Shown: piece after piece, positions 63,869 through 64,000 of the stretch | How positions within the stretch are numbered: position 1 is the stretch's first letter | How the letters are laid out: each line of letters begins with the position of its first letter | Assembly: GCA_907165135.1 (NCBI GenBank) | Contig: OU015567.1 | Location: 7,006,001 to 7,070,000, forward strand | DNA from: Oikopleura dioica | Taxonomy: Eukaryota; Animalia; Chordata | Direction of reading: 5' to 3' | DNA length: 64,000 nt | The notes under the pieces: model-generated | Databases searched by the model: none | Seen by the model: the letters and a program-made list of their open reading frames with translations, nothing else | What the model was told of the DNA's origin: nothing | Program-made: the position numbers and the translations under genes

Positions 63869-64000
63869 CAATTCAAATTTCATAATTGTCTTATTCCTTG
63901 AAAAGACGGATAACCAGTGGAGAAAACCTGAGTTAGGGTCCGAAAGATCTTTCATGAAAAGCCGCCAAACTCAGATTTTCTACTCAGGTTGTCGAGCCCA

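Overview
Compact, AT-rich animal genomic DNA with very short (about 40-80 nt) spliceosomal introns, some with GA-AG ends. This suggests an appendicularian tunicate such as Oikopleura (inference). The window has two regimes. (A) About 1-19.5 kb is a gene-dense block, mostly on the + strand, that lacks the MITE family saturating the rest of the window. It encodes a eukaryote-type replication kit in very divergent form: three different PCNA-fold sliding-clamp genes, DNA primase small subunit (apparently spliced in frame to one clamp) and primase large subunit. It also carries three RING-type genes, a triplet of paralogous helical proteins and several orphans. It has a private 15-bp hairpin motif and ends in two tandem-repeat arrays. 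The best reading is the right arm of a large endogenous DNA virus or self-replicating giant element. No polymerase, capsid, terminase or integrase gene is visible, so its class is unassigned. (B) About 19.7-64 kb is host-like: PDE1, a long ORF split by a hAT-type MITE, a ~55-bp satellite, two copies of a Mutator/Foldback-like element with 9-bp TSDs, a Ser/Thr kinase, a class A GPCR, a PIM-like pseudogene, tRNA-Ile(AAT), a POU2F gene, an SLC16-like transporter, an intronless bHLH gene and many MITEs. All homology calls are by-eye motif comparisons to remembered reference sequences; no searches were run.
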